From positions 1,511 through 65,510 of the forward strand of contig JAADVB010000090.1 of NCBI GenBank assembly GCA_023334545.1: DNA of 64,000 nt, written 5' to 3'. The notes beneath the pieces were generated by a model that worked only from the letters and a program-made list of their open reading frames with translations, was not told the origin of the DNA and did no database searches. The translations under genes were made by a program, and so were the position numbers. How positions within the stretch are numbered: position 1 is the stretch's first letter; every line of letters starts with the position of its first letter. Positions 12,024-22,349 of this stretch are shown here, in pieces. The stretch comes from Salisapilia sapeloensis CBS 127946 (Eukaryota; Protista; Oomycota).

Positions 12024-12545
12024 ATGGCGAAAGCAGTGTGTACGCTATATGGAGATGATCAGGCCGTCTACGGCACGCTCACACTAACTCAAGTACGTTT
12101 GCTTTTACTAGTATGCATGGGATGTTTATTTACGTTTATGTAGGCGCATGAAGATGCCAAGACCCAGATCACGGGCGAATTAAAGAATTTGACGGCTGGC
12201 AAGCATGCTTTCCATGTGAACGTATTTGGCGACTTGAGCCAAGCTGCTGGCGCTTCGACGGGTGGTGTGTTCAACCCGTTCGGCAAGAACCATGGCGGCC
12301 CAGAAGATGAGGAGCGCCGTGTCGGCAGCCTTGGCAACATTGAGGCGGAAGGCGAGGAAGGAGCTGCTAAAGTGCATGTCGAGGACGCGCTCGTGAAGCT
12401 GATTGGCCCGCACTCGGTCATCGGCCGATCGCTCGTGGTGCACGCGAACGAGGACGACTTGGGCAAGGGCGGTCAGGAGCTGTCGCTACAGAACGGCAAC
12501 GCTGGCGCGATCGTCGCATTCGGTGTCATTGGCATCTCGAGCTAA
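12024..12545 (+). CDS. Cu/Zn superoxide dismutase-fold protein, predicted catalytically inactive (2 exons, 156 aa)
   Basis: Exon 12024-12092 (MAKAVCTLYGDD...), intron 12093-12143, exon 12144-12545. SOD1-like motifs FNPFGKNHGGPEDEER, VIGRSLVVHANEDDLGKGG and GNAG...GVIG are present, but several ligand positions are substituted (see findings). Confidence 0.9.
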
Positions 12546-12920
12546 GTCGAGACGACGTAATCCAACTTCTTTTGGCATTTTCCAAAAGAAAAAGAACTTT
12601 TTTCTTTATTTCGGTATGACCATCCGGTCGATCTGATCCGGCATGAACCCTTGCCTGACCTGTTGGATTGTATGCACGTTTATCTAGCTATAGTGATAGA
12701 TGTCGATGCGTTTTGTATGGATGATGATGATGTTTAGTCGATCGATGTATACCGCTTTCGATTGCCGACTCTTGTAAAAGAACGATTAGTGTGAACTGTA
12801 GCATCGGCACGTGCGACCGAGGTCGAACCAGCTGCTCGAGGAATTTTATGCCCTGTGTAACGCAGGTCAGATCGAGAGGAAGGCTTTGTAAGGCTCTTTT
12901 GCCCAATTTGACAAACGACT

Positions 12921-14173
12921 ATGCAACAGCCAAAGTACTTGCCGAGCTACTGGTCAGCGGATGATCAGGAGATTTTTGAGAACTTGCTACTGCCCGTGAA
13001 GACTGAGCCGTCGCCAGGGCCACATGGAGACGCTACGGCCTCGGCGCTGTCTGAAATCCTGCACTGTACCTCACCTACCATTAATTTGATGGTCCCGTCG
13101 AAGCGACTCGAGCTTCCCACGACTGCGTTTCAGACGTCAAGCGAACCGATGGAGATGGGATCGAAACGACGGACGAATGAAGAGCGTCTTGCGAAACACC
13201 GGGAAGCCCAGCGCCGGTTTATTCAGCGAAAAAAGGTTCGCGCCCCACTTGCTATTATTTTCTACCCATCTACCGTACGTACTTATTGACACTGTATTTG
13301 TCATTCTAGGCAGCGAGGGAACGTGCGAAGCGATTGGCAGTGGAATTGGAGAAACAGGTTCAGCTTCTAGAACTACTTTCGGAGAAGGAGTCATTGGAAA
13401 AGGAGAATGCACGGCTCTTGTCGCAGTGCAATGACATGGTCGTCACATATGACCAAAACCAGATCGACGCAAGACTCGACGCCGAGATGCGGCAAGTCGA
13501 GAGTCGATACAAACTGCTTGATCAAGACCAGTACGCTGTTTTGATCCATGAATCGCTTCGAGAGTTGGATAAAATCACAAACGACCCGAACGTGACGCCA
13601 TCAGGGTTCAACGCCATGGGCTGGACGGACCGTCGATGGGTCGATAAAGACGTCGTCAAGTTCATCGTCTCGAAAGAGTACAAATACGCCCACGCGATTG
13701 AAGTCATGAATAAGACGTGGGCGACGAATTTTTGTCCGAAAACGTACGCTGCGGTCTTTAACCCGGCACTGACGATTAAACTGCACATCCTCCAGCGACT
13801 CAACGACGACGCTGTGGTCGCATGCCGACTGATCTGCAACCCACAGACGGGCGCCATCAGTCGGTCCATCGATCTCTTCTCCCGGATCCGGCGCGCGGAT
13901 GATTACGTAATCATCACGAGAAGTTTGACGGGGTTCGTTGCCAACTCGAGTGGAGCAGACGCCAAGCCGAATACCGCAGTGTTTACATGGCTACGCTTCC
14001 GCCCGACGGCGGGGGAGGATGAGAGCGGATGTGACTTTAGCTACGGCGGTCGCTTGAGTAAATGCGTGACGGGCACGAGTCGCTATTGGCTCATGGAAGT
14101 GTTTTTCATGGCGCTTCGGTATGAAGGCATGATGTTCCAACCGGGTCTCTTCTCCGTGACGAATGGAAACTAG
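12921..14173 (+). CDS. bZIP-like transcription factor with C-terminal START/SRPBCC-like (oomycete M96-type) domain (2 exons)
   Basis: Basic region KRRTNEERLAKHREAQRRFIQRKK, intron 13236-13309, then AARERAKRLAVELEKQVQLLELLSEKESLEKENARLL (zipper-like heptads). C-term GWTDRRWVD...KFIVSK...LHILQRLNDDAVV...YVIITRS resembles the START-like domain of oomycete M96/bZIP families. Confidence 0.7.
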
Positions 14174-14362
14174 TTGATGCAATTTTTGGTGTAAGCACCT
14201 CTTCGAGTAGGAAGAGTGGGGAAGAACGTGAAGTAATGTAAATTTTGACAAAGTAGATCGACTTGGAGTACTCGTTTTTACCTGTAAATATTAATATGCT
14301 TGTCAGATGTAGAAATGAAATGGAACCTTTTAGAGATGATACTGTAGCAGGCAAGTGATAAA

Positions 14363-15447
14363 ATGAGCTCGACGAGGTCCGTGGCGCCGAGTGCGAGTGA
14401 AATCGAGTTCCAGGTGCGTTATTACGGCTTTTTCTTTGATGCTGTTAATGTAGATAGGACGATGGAACTGAGTGGAGGGTATACTAGGCGGAGCATGAAC
14501 TTGTGGGCATCGTACCCCACTTTACACTGCGTGACAATGACGGCCTGCTAAACTTAATAAGCGTACGATACTCGTTCATGCATGTCCTGAAGCACGCGAA
14601 GATGACACGATGTACGCTAGGGTGACTTTGGACCGTTCCAAGCTGGTATGACTACTGCGGTACCATTGTGGCTGGCGGTGATGCTTAAGCAACAGCACAA
14701 GTGTCGCATCATGGCACCGTCATGGCTATCTGTTGGTGCGTGTGGCGTTTCCAATATCCAGTGGACATGTAGGAACTCATGCATGCAATAGAGTATTTGA
14801 CACAGCGATTGGAGCAGGAGAAGCAGAGCAATGCATTTGAAGAACTTCCGTATCACTATCTAGAAGTGTCATCTCTGCTCTTCCAGCATGCAGCCGATGA
14901 CATCGATCAGGTGGAGCACATTCGATCTCTTATCGAAGACCTCCAGAACATACGTCAAGACAAGATTCGCAACGGTCTTTACCGGATCTCGAATGACGTT
15001 CAAACTGGTGGTACGGCCTATGCTGTCCAGGTACGTATTGCACTGGCATGAATAAGAGTAAAGTGCTGAAGTGTGTCTGCTAGCTGAACAACATTTCCGC
15101 AATGGAAATCAACTCTGTCCGGAAGCTAATGACCTCGGTAAGATGTGTCGATATGGTGTTTGAGTTGGTGATACTGATGAACAAGTATAGTCTCTGAATC
15201 AATTTTACGAATTGGTACAACTACGGGAAGTTAGTGGTATGCTCTTGCATCTATTCGATATCAGGACGAGTATGCTAAGCTAGCACTAGGTGGGGACGAC
15301 ATGTCGACACAATCATCTAGTCAAGTCTACTCAGACCAGCGAGGTACCATACAAATTTGCTATACCTAGGAGTATCAATGTAAAAGTATGTGTGTCATAG
15401 GCGAAGGAACGCCCGTGCAACGACTTCGACGCTTTCGAAATGACTGA
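14363..15447 (+). CDS. GINS2: DNA replication GINS complex subunit Psf2 (about 8 exons)
   Basis: Spliced: EIEFQ-AEHELVGIVPHFTL...LLNLIS-GDFGPFQAGMTTAVPLWLAVMLKQQHKCRIMAPSWLSV-EYLTQRLEQEK...FEELPYHYLEVSSLL...IRSLIEDLQNIRQDKIRNGL...VQ-LNNISAMEINSVRKLMTS, the characteristic Psf2 motifs. The last three exons are less certain. Confidence 0.92.
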
Positions 15448-15511
15448 TCTAGAGGAGAGTCTTTGGCAAGTAGGAATGGCAGTATCAAAAGTTTCCGACT
15501 GTATGTTTGTC

Positions 15512-15730
15512 TTATTTCCCTAGTGGTCGATATATGACTCCATTCTCATTGCTCTGGTATGGCGTGGGCGTCACTGGAATCGGATTCACATGCGTCGGCT
15601 GCTTGAGCTGCTCAACAGCTTGTGCCTGACGTTCACGCTCTCGCTTATCTTCCTCTGCAGCAGCAACGCAGCATACTCCACAAAGCGCAGCGCAGGCAAG
15701 GCATCCACAAGCGTCCTCAGCTTCAGTCAT
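15512..15730 (-). CDS. Small protein with Cys-rich hydrophobic N-terminal segment
   Basis: 72-aa ORF MTEAEDACGCLACAALCGVCCVAAAEEDKRERE...PIPVTPTPY. It fills the gap between GINS2 and the RRM gene and has coding-like composition. Confidence 0.5.
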   Translation of the reverse strand: MTEAEDACGCLACAALCGVCCVAAAEEDKRERERQAQAVEQLKQPTHVNPIPVTPTPYQSNENGVIYRPLGK

Positions 15731-15903
15731 TCTATCGAAATGGCGTCGAGTCGCGTAAGCGGAGGCATTTCTTCCAGAATTGCTGGCTTGATTCGCACCT
15801 TTTCACAGTATCTTGATACCATCTTTCCAAGATCTCTTTGTCTTATTGAATGTATTGTCTGATAACGTCGAAACGGTTGGCGTCAGTGATACACTTGATC
15901 GAG

Positions 15904-17118
15904 ATGTCGGACGAGAAGGAGCTATGGCGCGACCGGAACAAGGTCTTTGTGGCTGGTTTACCACGTCATGTCGATGATGATTCGCTGTATGAGAAGTTCC
16001 AAGACTGTGGTGAGATGTTTCAAGCCAAGGTCGTGTATGACAAGAACACTGGTAACTCGAAAGGCTTTGGCTTTCTCACCTTTTGCGAGTACGTCGGAGC
16101 TTTAAATGCCGTCGAAAAGATGAACGGAACGGTATGTACTTGCTACCTACTTTCTATCGAGCCAATTATTCATGTATGCAAGTAGAAATGGGAGAAACGA
16201 ACTCTAAATGTCCGATTCTTGGAACCAAAGAATGGCGCAGCAGCTCCTGCTGCACCAGCAAAAGCTCCAGCAAAGAAGCTGCATCGAGTCCAGCCAGAAG
16301 GATGTACCACCGTGTATGTTGGCAATCTCTCCTATGACATCAATGAAGAGGTTGTACGTCGTGTGTTTGGTGCATGTGGAGACATCCAAGCCATTCGCTT
16401 CGCCGAGCACATTCAGACGAAAGAGTTTCGAGGCTTTGCCTACGTCCAATTCCATGAAGAATCCGCATGTGCTGCAGCCGTTGGCTGTGATGGCATGGTA
16501 GTCATGGGTCGACCAATGGTCGTGGACTACAACGACAGCAGTGAAGAAGCTGGCGAGAAGCGAGAGGATTTCCAGAAAAAGCTCAAGAAAGGAATATGCC
16601 ACAAGTTCCAGAAAGGAGAGTGCCAACGAGGTGACGCGTGCAAGTTCGCACACATGGTCGAGGCATCCGAGCCACCTGTGGCATCCGAACCTCCTGCCGT
16701 ACCTCAGGGGGAATCCACGGACGAGACACCAGTCTGCCAGAGCTTTATCAAGGGCAAGTGCAAGCGTGGTAGCAAGTGTCGCTTCCGACACGAGACGACG
16801 GACGACTTGAAGGAGACACCAGCAGAGGACGTAGCAGAGGAGGCAGAGGAAGCAGAGGACGGTACGCCAATCTGTCAGAACTTTGTCAAGGGCAAATGCA
16901 AGCGTGGGAGCAAGTGCCGCTTCCGACATGGAACAGCAGAAGTAGAGAGTGGAAATGAAGTAGTAGAGGAGACGCCGGAGGAAGTAGAGGACGGCACGCC
17001 GATCTGTCAGAACTTTGCCAAGGGCAAGTGTAAGCGTGGTGATAAGTGCAAATTCATTCACTCCAAGAAGCGCAAAGCAGAAGACGTCGAGGCAAGTAGC
17101 AAACGTCCACGAGAATAA
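15904..17118 (+). CDS. RNA-binding protein: 2 RRM domains + 4 CCCH zinc fingers (2 exons)
   Basis: RRM1 KVFVAGL...SKGFGFLTF. Intron 16132-16185 restores MNGT-KWEKRTLNVRFLEPK. RRM2 TVYVGNL...FRGFAYVQF. Four C-x7-C-x5-C-x3-H fingers (CHKFQKGECQRGDACKFAH; CQSFIKGKCKRGSKCRFRH; CQNFVKGKCKRGSKCRFRH; CQNFAKGKCKRGDKCKFIH). Confidence 0.92.
16720..17065 (+). repeat. Three internally duplicated CCCH-finger units with acidic spacers
   Basis: Near-identical DNA: acgccaatctgtcagaactttgtcaagggcaaatgcaagcgtgggagcaagtgc vs acgccgatctgtcagaactttgccaagggcaagtgtaagcgtggtgataagtgc vs acaccagtctgccagagctttatcaagggcaagtgcaagcgtggtagcaagtgt. Confidence 0.85.
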
Positions 17119-17147
17119 CTTTTTTTTACTGTTACAATTCTTGTAGT

Positions 17148-18418
17148 TTATCTAGAACAGCGTCGAGCTAGCGCCTCTGTCTCTTGTACGTCTTTGCTGA
17201 ACCATTTGTGACCAAGAACCTTGTCTGTCGAGATACGTCGAGCTGGATTCATACGTAGCATCTGCGAGATCAAGTCTTTGGCTTCTGGCGAGATCGATTG
17301 CCATAGCTCATTCGTCTTGTCAAAGTCTCCCGAGAGGATCTGTTTCTTTAATTCTTCATCTGATGCGTCGTTATTCGGATCGAATGGATGACGACCGCAG
17401 AGAACGATGTAGAGGACGACGCCGAGTGCCCAAATGTCGATCGCTCGACTCGGACTCTCTTCTGTGAGGAACTCTGGCGCTGCGTACGCTGTGGTTGCGA
17501 CACCACTGCGGCTACTACGTGTGCGTTCGTTCTCCAGATTCTCTCGAAAGGCGAGACCAAAGTCGATGAGACGCATGAGAGACGAGTCGTCGCCGTTGTT
17601 TAGGAGGATGTTCTCGGGTTTTATGTCAGCGTGAACGACTCGCTTTGAATGGAGGAATTGGAGGGAGAGGACGAGTTCCTGGATAAGGACTTTGGCTTCG
17701 TCTTCAGAGAAGATGCCGTCCGTGACGAGACTTTCGTATAACTCGCTGCCATGGACGAGGTCTGTCACGAGGACGTACGAGTCTAGTGCATGTTTAAGTC
17801 TAGTAGAAGAGTGGATGATGAATAGAAGGATCTACCGGCAGTTTCAAAAGCGTCTCGTAACGCGACAATATTCTGATGTCCACCAACAATGGAGAGGATG
17901 CGTACTTCCTGTAGGAATTTCCTATACAGATCGATAAGCATGGAGAAAGTAGGTCTTCAAGAGCGAATGACATACTCTTTCGATGTAAATTCTTTCGGTA
18001 CACGTTTAATAGCCACGGGAGCCTTGGATTCTCGATGCACGCCCAAATGCACTTGACCAAAGCCACCTAGGTACGATTAGTACTTTTCTACTCGAATGCT
18101 TATGATATCCGACATACCTTCGCCAATGACATTCCCTAGCACATACTCTCGTTGTATCTGAGGCTGTCTTTTTAACCAAACGTCTTGCTGTTCAGATGGA
18201 GACGCTAGCGATCGCGTAGATGGCACAAATCGAAAGCTGTCGGAACTCGTCTCTTGCCACGCCTCCTCACTCGATGACAGAGCTACGACGCCTGCTGCAA
18301 TACCAGCAGCCGTAGCCGTGATTGCGACGGCATTACTCGACATATTCCGTCGATACGCACGTGTCTTGGCGAGTGCGTGCCGCAAGACATGCTGCTGCGC
18401 TCTTCTCATGCTTTTCAA
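17148..18418 (-). CDS. CAMK-family Ser/Thr protein kinase with N-terminal presequence-like leader (4 exons)
   Basis: Spliced subdomains: YVLGNVIGEG-GFGQVHLGVHRESKAPVAIKRV, EVRILSIVGGHQNIVALRDAFE, YVLVTDLVHGSELYESL, VHADIKPENILL, LIDFGLA, TTAYAAPE, DIWALGVVLYIVLCGRHPF, SPEAKDLISQMLRMNPARRI. Confidence 0.92.
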
Positions 18419-18525
18419 TACAAATTCCTTATGACGCAGCTGACTTGAGAGCTATATTTAGTCTGGGGTGGATTTAAGCAGACAGATAAACTGACGTATA
18501 GTGCCTACCACAGCATAACGGAACG

Positions 18526-21370
18526 ATGATGCGTCTGGTAGCAGCGATCCTGCTGCTCTTACTAGCGTCTCCTGCGTATGGGATCTTTGAGGATCAAGTA
18601 GGGGAGTTTGACTGGAAGATGGAGAACATTGGTCGAGTGGAAAGAGCGTCTTTCGGACCGGAAGGTGGTGCCATGAAGGCACTGTACGTGGCATCGGATG
18701 AGCGGTCGAGAGCTTTTGCTCGACTCGATGTGGACTCGGGTGATATAGTGTGGCGTCAAGTGCTTATGCAAGGTAGTTGGGAGATTGCATATGTGCTTAT
18801 AATGTATGCTTAATTGGTATTTGGATCTAGATGATGCGATTGAGGATATGCATGTGACGGAAGACGGTGTGCTCATCGCTTCTGGCGGTAAGAATATTCG
18901 CATGTGGGATACTCAAGACGGTACGTTGCGTTGGGACCATACGATCGTCCAAAGCACATTGAAATCTTCGTTTATCGGCATCTTGCCAACGACGAGCAAG
19001 CAAGCAGTCGTGGTTTCCACCTCCTCTGCTGCTCTCATGGACTTGACGACCGGTGATAAAGTATGGGAGACTTCATTCGAGAAGGATTCGATAGTGAATG
19101 GCTATGCTCACCTCTCATCCGATTCCTCTACTCTCTTTGTCGTCCTCCAGACGGACGATGGTGCCTCTGGCCTTCGCATTGGACTAGCTGATGGCAAGGT
19201 CCAAGACCTCAGTCTTTCCTCTTCTTCGAATGTCGTCGGACTGCGGAAGACAGAGGGAGAACAAGCATCCATCGTCTCTGTCTCCGTGTCTGAATCGAGT
19301 GTCACGATCGAATCGTTCGATACTTCCTCTACCCAAACGACCAAGCTAAGTGCTTTAGGCGTATCGGACGATACGATCCAGTCTCTAGAGTCTAGTGTAG
19401 AGTCTTTTGTTGTCCTCAAGCTCTCGTCTGGACAGCGAGTCGTTTGTAAGCTCGAGTCTTCTCTCTCTTTGTCGCCTATCACTGTCCTCTCTGCTGATGG
19501 AGCTGTGTCGAAAGTTACTGGCGATAACTCTTTCATAACGCATACGACCGTCGTTGAGGACAAGAATGCCGTATCAACCGCATTCTACGCTACCTCCGAC
19601 TCTACGCTGCCGAAAACGAGTGAGACGGACGTTAAGCTTCCATCAGGCATGACGGATGCATCCTCTTCCTTTGTCTCTTGTGATACCAACCTCCACTGCG
19701 TCCATTTGCTCGTTATGCAAGACGATACACTCGTCTTCATGGACGAAAGTCACAAGTGGACGCGAGAAGAGGCACTGGGGAACGTGAAACAAGTGCATTG
19801 GATCACACCGATCGAGTCGGATGCTGAGAAGCAGGGTCTGACGAACCTCCCGACGTTCACACAAGAGCTCGAGCTCGAAGTCGCTCGTCTCCAGACCTTG
19901 TATGAGCACATCGTGGCATACTTTTCCACTCCTGCAGTCAAGGAGACGAAGCGTCAGGAATCTCGGAACGCCCATTTGTTCGGCTTCTCGAAACTTGCGC
20001 TGGCACTAACGGAAAGTGGCAAGCTCTTTGCCATTCGAGTGGAAGCGAATACGATTGCTTGGAGCAAGTTCGTCGGTCCGGATGCCCAGCTCCATGTGAT
20101 GCGAGACCATCCGGCCGTCGGGACTGGTGCCGAGTTGCTGCTGACGTATGCAGACGGGAAGATGGTGTGGCTGGATGGAGATGACGGCAAGGTCGTCGAA
20201 GAGATCGTTGGTACAGGCAAATATGCTGTCGTCATGCCCAAGCATCGACAGCATGCGGATGAAGACGTCGTGTCGAAACGTGGCGTCGCGCTCATTGCGT
20301 CCGATCTGTCCGTCCAGTTATATCCTTCGGAAGCGCTCGCGAGCGACGTGCATGACTTTTTCTTTTATCGCTTTGATTCGATTGCCAATGCCTTCCATGG
20401 CTTCCGTATGCAGCATCTTCATGAACGGCTGCAGGTACATGAAACCTGGTCGATCGTTCTTCCGAAAGACGCACGTGTCGTCGCCAACGCTCGTCCGAAG
20501 GAAGCTGCGGCCGTGGATTCGTCCGTCACCATCACAGGCGATGGATCTCTCCTCGTCAAGTACTTAAACCCGCATTTATTCGGCGTCTCGACGCTCACGT
20601 CAGATGGAGACAGCAATACGTTGGAAGTGATGCTGATTGACTCTGTCTCCGGTCGTGTCGTCCATCGTGCTCGTCATACACAAGCGAGTGAACCGGTCGA
20701 GATGGCGCAGAGTGAGAATTGGGTCGTGTACACATACTGGAACGATCGAGAGAAGCGTACGGAGCTCGTGTCACTCTCGCTCTTCGATGGCGCAGTGGGT
20801 TCCCATGGTCTCAACCCTTGGAAACGTCCGATGTGGTCGGATACGCGCTCGTCGTTTGACCCGAAAGCACCGTTCGTGCTCCAGAAGAACTATGTCTTCC
20901 CGTCCCAAGTGTCCACATTGGGTGTCACGACGACGGCTCGTGGTATCACTCCAGAGTTCTTGCTCGTCGGTCTTGCCAACGGTCAGATCTTCAAGCTGTC
21001 GAAGGGATTGATTGATCCGAGACAACCTGAGAGAGCTCCAACGCCAGAAGAACAGGCAGAGGGATTGATGCAGTACCATGCGTTACTGCCTCTCCACTCG
21101 CATGCGATCCACATGATCACATACAACCAGAGTATCGCGAACTTGGACAAGATTACCACTGCACCAGCAGAGCTCGAAAGTACGACACTTGTGTTTGCGT
21201 ACGGATTGGACTTGTTCTACATGCGTGTGGCACCTGCTAAGGCGTTTGACTTGTTACCGTCGGACTTTAACTACGAGATGCTGATCGTCTTGTGTCTGAC
21301 GTTTGTTGCGGCGACGTTGTTGACGAGAGCATTGGCGCAACGAAAGGCGCTGCACGAGGCTTGGAAGTAG
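18526..21370 (+). CDS. EMC1: ER membrane protein complex subunit 1 (2 exons)
   Basis: Signal peptide MMRLVAAILLLLLASPAYG followed by IFEDQVGEFDW (EMC1 hallmark); intron about 18773-18830; C-term LLVKYLNPH, SENWVVYTYWN, ELESTTLVFAYGLDLFYMRVAPAKAFDLLPSDFNY, TM helix, ending LHEAWK. Confidence 0.96.
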
Positions 21371-21399
21371 AGAAACGAGAGAATACAGAACGAAAGAGT

Positions 21400-22094
21400 T
21401 CACGACATGATATTGAGGTTGATAGAATAGATCTTGATGAACGGATGACTGCCGGAGAGTATACATAGGTCGATGGTAGCGACAGTAGTGTGGATGGGGA
21501 GGACGGTAGTGTCTTGCGACAGTGTATGGAACGAGTGGTGGGTCGTTGGTGTAGATAGAGAGGGGGATATTCGTAGCTGAACGTTTTTAATGCATTCGCA
21601 ATGGACGTCGATACTTTCGACGGCACTTGGCTGTCGTAATTCTAGACGTAGGAATTGTGGGAAGAGGCCAGTGGTGAGCCAAAAGGACGACGTGGAAGAG
21701 TGGAGGATGTTGGAGGGAGGGTGGTCCATTGCAAAACTCGAGCCGAGCACTTCGGCGACGAGGACGGAGAACGGTTCATCGTTCATATGGCTCGGATTGG
21801 TTTCTTCCGATACGGTGCCAAGCGTGGAGCGAGGCTTGGCTGAGATGGGACGATAGGACGTCCGTCGCTCCGTGGGTTTATTTAGACCCTGGGATACGTC
21901 GTCTTCAAGCTCAGTCATTAAGCCTCGCAGCTGCTCGGCTAGAGAAGCTCGACGCTCGGTATCCGTGGTACTCGAGATCAACCGGCGTAGCTCGTCAACC
22001 TACATTTGTATGAGCGACGGTCAAATTTTCCATGTAATGCAAACAAGACCTGAGCGGACAAATCTGCTGCATCCTTGCCGAGTGCCAACGGCAT
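21400..22094 (-). CDS. IFT25/HSPB11-like (galactose-binding/DOC fold) protein with N-terminal extension (2 exons)
   Basis: Exon 22094-22050 (MPLALGKDAADLSAQ), intron 22000-22049, then VDELRRLISST.... C-term HPPSNILHSSTSSFWLTTGLFPQFLRLEL...ILSGSHPFIKIYSI matches the IFT25 motif HPPxNI-x6-FWxTTGxFPQ. Confidence 0.65.
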
Positions 22095-22349
22095 GGCGTT
22101 TAAAGGCATGCGACGTGCTATTGAGACTTGCGTATAAAAATTTCCTCGCGATCCGTTTTACATGTTAAACGGATTGGTGTATTTCAACTTCAATCTGGTC
22201 TATACTTTGATCAAGAGAATGATAAACGTGGAAACCTCATTGGCCATCTAGACTTCAAGTCGAACGGATCGACTTTCTACCTTGGTCCTTTTACCAGCTC
22301 ACTTTCGCTTTGGACGAGAAACCCTCAAGCCAAGAGTAATACGACCAAG

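Noticed and set aside
16204-17061. 285-aa minus-strand ORF with repeated TLALALDK units
   Set aside because: Antisense of the duplicated CCCH fingers in the RRM-CCCH gene.
16720-17065. Regularly spaced near-identical DNA repeats, considered as a CRISPR-like array
   Set aside because: The repeats are in frame within a eukaryotic CDS and encode zinc fingers; there are no cas genes and the context is intron-containing.
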